DNA of 29,302 bases from a virus: the UHGV virus genome UHGV-0110803; one strand, 5' to 3'. Of this stretch, positions 24,512 through 29,302 are shown in pieces (the stretch's first letter is position 1; the number at the start of each line of letters is the position of its first letter). Below the pieces are notes generated by a model that ran no database searches, was not told where the DNA came from, and saw nothing but the letters and a program-made list of their open reading frames with translations. The position numbers and the translations under genes were made by a program.

Positions 24512-24811
24512 ATGAACGTTAATCAGCAGAAAAATCTTCAAAAAATCATGCTGGCATTCGACAAGGACTACCGCCTGTCAGAACAGCTATATGACCGACA
24601 AGTTGAACTGATTGAGAGCATCCGACTTCATCAACTGTCCTCAACTTTCGACGTTGTAACAGGCAAAGGCGTTCGTCAGGAAGTGCTGGAGGCTGCTAAA
24701 GACAGCCCTGAGTTCGAAGAACTGATGGATGCCTACCGGCGCGAGGCAATGGCAATTATAGCGCGCTGGGATCTGGCGGATCAGCTTGATGGGCAGAGGG
24801 ACGCGGCATGA
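24512..24811 (+). CDS. Hypothetical protein (99 aa from the internal ATG)
   Basis: GGAGGG RBS 7 nt before the ATG at 24512; 4-nt overlap with the exonuclease gene. Confidence 0.5.
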   Translation: MNVNQQKNLQKIMLAFDKDYRLSEQLYDRQVELIESIRLHQLSSTFDVVTGKGVRQEVLEAAKDSPEFEELMDAYRREAMAIIARWDLADQLDGQRDAA

Positions 24812-25629
24812 AACCGGGAATTTATTTCGACATCAGCAACGAAGACTACCACGCAGGTGACGGCGTGAGTAAGTCGCAACTGGACATGGTTGCCAAGAAT
24901 CCGGCGCTTCTTAAATGGGTTCAGGCAGCACCAGAAGACGAAGAGAAAAAGTCTGCACTGGATATGGGAACCGCATTGCACTGCCTGCTTCTGGAACCTG
25001 GAGAATTCGACAAACGCTTCATCGTTTCACCGAAATTCGATCGTCGGACAAAACAAGGTAAAGCTGACGAAGAAGCATTTCTTCGTGATGTGGCGGATAT
25101 GGGTATTACGGTACTTGATGTCGAGCAGTGGCGAAAACTGGAGCTGATGCGTGATAGCGCAATGGCTCATCCGGCGGCACGCTGGATGTTGGAAGCACCT
25201 GGTTACTGCGAAGCATCAATGTACTGGAACGATGAAGAGACGGGTGAGTTGTGCCGAATTCGTCCAGACAAATGGCTGAACGAGCACAACGTGATCGTCG
25301 ACGTGAAAAAGGTTGCAGATATGGACCGTTTTGCACGCCACATCGAGGAATTCCGCTACCACGTGCAGGACGCAATGTACCGCGAAGGCGCAATGAGGGT
25401 TACTGGTCAGCCGCATGGTTTTTTCTTTCTTGCCGTGAGCGAAAGCATTGATTGTGGTCGGTATCCGGTACGCGTGTTCGAGCTGGATGCGCCAGATGTC
25501 GATGCCGGGCACGCTCTGTTCCGCCGGGATCTGAATACCTATCACGAATGCCGCATCAACGATGAATGGGGCGGAGTGGAAATTATTAAACGCCCTGACT
25601 GGGCACGTAAACAGGATATGTACGTATGA
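24808..25629 (+). CDS. PD-(D/E)XK-type recombination exonuclease (exonuclease VIII/RecE C-terminal-like), 273 aa
   Basis: N-terminus MKPGIYFDISNEDYHAGDGVSKSQL typical of this family (from memory); coupled to the annealing-protein gene. Confidence 0.7.
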   Translation: MKPGIYFDISNEDYHAGDGVSKSQLDMVAKNPALLKWVQAAPEDEEKKSALDMGTALHCLLLEPGEFDKRFIVSPKFDRRTKQGKADEEAFLRDVADMGITVLDVEQWRKLELMRDSAMAHPAARWMLEAPGYCEASMYWNDEETGELCRIRPDKWLNEHNVIVDVKKVADMDRFARHIEEFRYHVQDAMYREGAMRVTGQPHGFFFLAVSESIDCGRYPVRVFELDAPDVDAGHALFRRDLNTYHECRINDEWGGVEIIKRPDWARKQDMYV

Positions 25630-26507
25630 GCAATGATATCGCAATCACATCACAACCAGGCGCAACTGTAGGCACTGCTGCGGCAATCTTCAGCCCCGAG
25701 GGCATGAATCAACTGGTGCGTTTCGCGGAGTTGATGTCACAAAGCAAAGCGACTGTACCGAAACATCTTGAAGGCAAACCTGCCGATTGCCTGGCGGTGA
25801 CCATGCAGGCGGCACAGTGGGGAATGAACCCTTTCGCCGTGGCGCAGAAAACGCATGTGGTAAACGGAACGTTAGGCTACGAAGCACAGTTGGTAAACGC
25901 GGTCGTATCCTCTTCCAGCCTGCTAGCGACACGCCTTAATTATCGCTGGAGCGGTGACTGGTCGAATGTTAACGGCAAAACAGATAAATCACCGAATCTG
26001 ACGGTAACTGTGTCAGCAGTTCTTAAAGGAGAAGTAGAACCACGTGAGCTTACCATCAGTATGGCGCAAGCCGGAGTGCGTAACTCTCCATTGTGGGAAC
26101 AGGATCCGCGCCAGCAACTTGCCTATCTTTGCACGAAACGATGGGCTCGCCTGCACGCTCCTGATGTACTTCTTGGTGTTTACACCCCTGACGAATTACA
26201 GGAAACGGCACCGCGCGTTGAGCGAGACATTACTCCGCAAACAACTACTGCTGCGGGAATGAACAGTCTGATCAACGCTAAACCAGTGAAAAAGCCTGAT
26301 GAGCAAACGCGTAAAGCGGATAGCCGTGATCCAGAAGAAATGCTGATGGCCTTTACCAGCGCAGCGATGAATTACAGCACTGTCTCCGAACTGGATAAGG
26401 CTTACAAATACATTGCACAAAAACTTTCAGATGATGACGAACTGCTGGCAAAAGCCACCGACGTTTACAGCGTTCGTCGGGAAGAATTAAACGAAACATC
26501 TATGTAA
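25626..26507 (+). CDS. Single-strand annealing protein, Bet/Red-beta-like (293 aa)
   Basis: Segments NPFAVAQ, PLWEQDPRQQL ... RWARLHA and ERDITP parallel lambda Bet (recalled, not searched). Confidence 0.75.
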   Translation: MSNDIAITSQPGATVGTAAAIFSPEGMNQLVRFAELMSQSKATVPKHLEGKPADCLAVTMQAAQWGMNPFAVAQKTHVVNGTLGYEAQLVNAVVSSSSLLATRLNYRWSGDWSNVNGKTDKSPNLTVTVSAVLKGEVEPRELTISMAQAGVRNSPLWEQDPRQQLAYLCTKRWARLHAPDVLLGVYTPDELQETAPRVERDITPQTTTAAGMNSLINAKPVKKPDEQTRKADSRDPEEMLMAFTSAAMNYSTVSELDKAYKYIAQKLSDDDELLAKATDVYSVRREELNETSM

Positions 26508-26556
26508 CCACCACCGCGGCGCCACGCGCGCCGCACTGCAACCAAGAGAGGTATTT

Positions 26557-26805
26557 ATGAAAGGTGCATTAGGTAAGAAGGAACTCCTGGCGGTGGTGCC
26601 ACTGTCATGGAGCACTATCGACCGTATGGAGCGCGCAGGTGAATTTCCTAAACGCTGGTATATCACTGACAAACGCTGCGCATGGAACCGTGACGAAGTT
26701 GAGCGTTGGCTTGATGAACGTCAGGCAGCAAGCCCGGCAGAGTTCCAGGGTAAAAAGCCTCCGGTTCAGCAACGTGTATATCGTCCTGTGAGCAACGCTG
26801 CATGA
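26557..26805 (+). CDS. AlpA/Xis-type excisionase or regulator (82 aa)
   Basis: Motif LLAVVPLSWSTIDRMERAGEFPK ... AWNRDEVERWL. Confidence 0.65.
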   Translation: MKGALGKKELLAVVPLSWSTIDRMERAGEFPKRWYITDKRCAWNRDEVERWLDERQAASPAEFQGKKPPVQQRVYRPVSNAA

Positions 26806-26914
26806 GTGTGCTTCTAAGGCACTGGAGCAAATGGTCAGGATGGTACTTATTCCTGGCCTCTGTTTCAGCATGGCTTTATCTGCTGGCATTAATTTTCAGA
26901 GAGGGTTGGATTAA

Positions 26915-27214
26915 GTGAGAAAGTTAAGCCGACTTGAAAAATATCACATGAACAAGGTTTCAATGCGCAGTCCGTCAAAGATTGTCGCCGTTACTCCTGC
27001 GGCGATAGAGATCGAAAAACGCGCGATTGAAAGAGAGAAAAAAGGGCAGTTCCGCATTGCCGCTCACCTTTGGCTTCAGTGTATGGATGTTGCTTCTGGT
27101 GATGTTGAGCGTGCAAGGATCGCGGTTCGCAGGGACCAATGTATCACAAAAGGTAACGGCCTTCGCCGTGGCGACTATAGCGGCATAGGATGTTGTGGGG
27201 TGGTTTATGACTAA
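26915..27214 (+). CDS. Small hypothetical protein, possibly ANR-like regulator (start uncertain: GTG at 26915 or ATG at 26963)
   Basis: Segment FRIAAHLWLQCMDVA ... ERARIAVRRDQC; assignment is tentative. Confidence 0.35.
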   Translation: MRKLSRLEKYHMNKVSMRSPSKIVAVTPAAIEIEKRAIEREKKGQFRIAAHLWLQCMDVASGDVERARIAVRRDQCITKGNGLRRGDYSGIGCCGVVYD

Positions 27215-27857
27215 GAAATACACACTAATCTATGCAGATCCACCCTGGGTATACCGGGACAAAGCCGCAGATGGTAATCGCGGTGCCGGTTTTAAATATC
27301 CGGTTATGAGTGTGCTGGATATCTGCCGCCTTCCTGTGTGGGATTTGGCCGATGAAAACTGTCTGTTGGCCATGTGGTGGGTGCCAACACAACCACTCGA
27401 AGCACTAAAAGTTGTTGAAGCCTGGGGATTCCGTCTGATGACCATGAAGGGCTTCACGTGGATAAAATGTGGTAGTCGACAACCAGATAAACTGGTTATG
27501 GGTATGGGACACATGACTCGCGCCAATAGTGAAGATTGCCTGTTTGCAGTAAAGGGAAAACTACCTACGCGCATTAATGCAGGGATCGTTCAGTCATTTA
27601 CCGCACCGCGGCTTGAGCACTCAAGAAAACCAGATATCGTTCGTGAAAAACTTGTGCAATTGTTAGGCGATGTTTCTCGCATTGAACTGTTCGCCCGCCA
27701 GACGTCTCATGGCTTCGATGTTTGGGGTAATCAGTGTGAAGACCCGGCAGTGCAACTACACCCCGGATACGCGTTGGATATTGGCGGATTAACAAATGCA
27801 TTCAGCAATTCTCCGCTGTCACCAACAGACAACCAGGGGCGGGAGCGTGCAGCATGA
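27207..27857 (+). CDS. MT-A70 family DNA N6-adenine methyltransferase (216 aa from the internal ATG)
   Basis: Catalytic DPPW motif in IYADPPWVY; 8-nt overlap with the upstream gene. Confidence 0.8.
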   Translation: MTKKYTLIYADPPWVYRDKAADGNRGAGFKYPVMSVLDICRLPVWDLADENCLLAMWWVPTQPLEALKVVEAWGFRLMTMKGFTWIKCGSRQPDKLVMGMGHMTRANSEDCLFAVKGKLPTRINAGIVQSFTAPRLEHSRKPDIVREKLVQLLGDVSRIELFARQTSHGFDVWGNQCEDPAVQLHPGYALDIGGLTNAFSNSPLSPTDNQGRERAA

Positions 27858-28048
27858 ACAGGGCATCACCAGCAGATTTAAGGAAATGCCTTGAAACTGC
27901 AAACATGCTTGCACACAGCGGGATCAGGTTTGTTCCAATTCCCGCTGTCACTGATGCTGAATTTGCAACACTGTCAGCAATATTCGCAGATAAAATTGAA
28001 TCACTGGCAGCAGAAGCCGAGATGGAAGAAAATCAGCAGAATAATTAA
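27854..28048 (+). CDS. Hypothetical small acidic protein (64 aa)
   Basis: 4-nt overlap with the methyltransferase gene; no recognisable domain. Confidence 0.4.
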   Translation: MNRASPADLRKCLETANMLAHSGIRFVPIPAVTDAEFATLSAIFADKIESLAAEAEMEENQQNN

Positions 28049-28051
28049 ACG

Positions 28052-29302
28052 TTATTCCCCCGCCATCCATTTCTCAAACTTCGACGGGGAGAACGGAATC
28101 AGATCCGTATGCTCCCCGTCAATCCAGGAATCAATCATATCGGCCCACTGCTGCAACATGTAGGCGCGCTGTCTGGCGTATTCCGCTTTGTTATATACGG
28201 CGCGCACACCTTTCTGCTCATGTGCCAGAGCCTTTTCAATCCAGTCTGAAGGATAACCAGCCTCATGCAATAACGTACTGGCTGTACGGCGCATATCGTG
28301 TACGGTGAAGTCCTGAATATGCTCACCATTTTCATTTATTATTTTCACCGTTCTGTCGATCAGAGAGTTCAGCGCGGCATTAGATAATGGCTTCCGGAAG
28401 TTGTAACGACCAGGAACCAGATATTCACTTCCACCAGCGCACATCTGCAGCCCGACCAATATATCCTGTGCCTGTTTAGGCAGGTAAATAACGTGCGCCC
28501 GGCTTCCCTTCATGCGGTCTGAAGGAATTGTCCATGTCCATTTTTTAAAATCTATTTCATCCCACGTTGCGTTGGTGAATTCGCCTTTACGAACCATAGT
28601 GATAAGCACCAGCTTTAAAGCCATTTTCATAGTGCCCATAGCACCAATGGCATCCAGCGTGCGGAAGAACAGGCCAATTTCTTCTGGTGTCAGTGTTCGC
28701 TCTCGTGGTTTAAATATGGCGATAGACGAAGGTTTAATGTCAGCCGCAGGATTAAACAAACCATGACCACGGTCATTGGCGTGACGGTATACGCTGCTGA
28801 TGATCTCCCTGGCCTGTACTGCTGTTGCCCGACCACCGCGTTCGACAATCCTGTCACACAAATCACGAACCATCGATGTGGTAATTTCAGTCATCATTTT
28901 GTTGCCAAGAACAGGAAGTATTTCACGGTCGATCACTGCCTGCTTCATTGCGCGGGTACTTTCAGCCAGGATGACGTGTTTCATATAACTGGCGGTATGT
29001 ACCGCAAACGTCTCGGCACCACGAATCTTTTTGATACCGTCACGTTTAGCCGCAGCCGGCGACTGGCCTGCTTTAAGCAGCTTCTTTGCAGCAATCAGTT
29101 CTTCTCGCGCTTCTGCCAGGCTGATACCGTCACGCCCATACTGCCCGATTACCAGTGTTTCGCGGCGACCGTTGATACGGTAGTCATAACGAAACGAGAC
29201 CGTGCCTGACGTAAGCACAGCGACATACAGCCCGTCACGATCGGAGACCTTGTACAGTTTGTCCTGCGGCTTGAGGTTTTTTAATTTTGTATCGGTAAGC
29301 AC
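28052..29302 (-). CDS. int: Tyrosine integrase (P4-like family); N-terminus at or just beyond the window edge
   Basis: N-terminal LTDTKLKNLKPQDK arm-binding pattern; catalytic-region motifs HDMRRTAST and VRAVYNKAEY; the ORF reaches position 29302. Confidence 0.9.
   Translation of the reverse strand: MLTDTKLKNLKPQDKLYKVSDRDGLYVAVLTSGTVSFRYDYRINGRRETLVIGQYGRDGISLAEAREELIAAKKLLKAGQSPAAAKRDGIKKIRGAETFAVHTASYMKHVILAESTRAMKQAVIDREILPVLGNKMMTEITTSMVRDLCDRIVERGGRATAVQAREIISSVYRHANDRGHGLFNPAADIKPSSIAIFKPRERTLTPEEIGLFFRTLDAIGAMGTMKMALKLVLITMVRKGEFTNATWDEIDFKKWTWTIPSDRMKGSRAHVIYLPKQAQDILVGLQMCAGGSEYLVPGRYNFRKPLSNAALNSLIDRTVKIINENGEHIQDFTVHDMRRTASTLLHEAGYPSDWIEKALAHEQKGVRAVYNKAEYARQRAYMLQQWADMIDSWIDGEHTDLIPFSPSKFEKWMAGE

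Larger units (their letters stand above)
1..29302. mobile_element. Integrated temperate phage (prophage) segment: virion, head, packaging, cargo, replication, immunity, recombination and integration modules; both ends lie outside the window
   Basis: Contiguous phage gene content across the whole window; integrase runs into the right edge and a virion gene runs off the left edge. Confidence 0.85.

Noticed and set aside
1-29302. Lysis cassette, Q-like antiterminator, tail fibre/tailspike gene and phage attachment site
   Set aside because: None recognisable inside the window; they are presumably encoded beyond the window edges

Overview
The window is almost entirely one integrated temperate phage with a mosaic layout, read from the sequence and the ORF track only (no database search was possible). 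Coordinates 1-13810 (minus strand) hold a podovirus-type virion module: internal virion/ejection proteins including one with a lytic transglycosylase domain, tail tubular A/B-like proteins, major capsid, scaffold and portal. An AT-rich plus-strand cassette (about 14045-15203) carrying a tRNA-Arg(UCU) and an orphan 139-aa ORF sits antisense between portal and terminase. Terminase small and large subunits (15245-17313) are followed upstream by a cargo cluster of small genes (HNH, Ead/Ea22-like, DUF551, ASCH, DUF1064-like), then P-like and O-like replication genes with in-gene iterons. A divergent Cro-like/tandem-HTH repressor switch lies at 23234-24203, followed on the plus strand by a pL-like operon (small proteins, PD-(D/E)XK exonuclease, Bet-like annealing protein, AlpA-like excisionase, MT-A70 methyltransferase) that converges on a tyrosine integrase at the right edge. 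The most striking signal is a family of ten TTACC-N5-GGTAA palindromes (seven perfect) placed at the switch and at four other operon starts with a repeated promoter geometry. No lysis cassette, Q-like antiterminator, antirepressor, CRISPR array or att site was recognised inside the window. Coordinates of motifs I derived by eye may be off by 1-2 bp.
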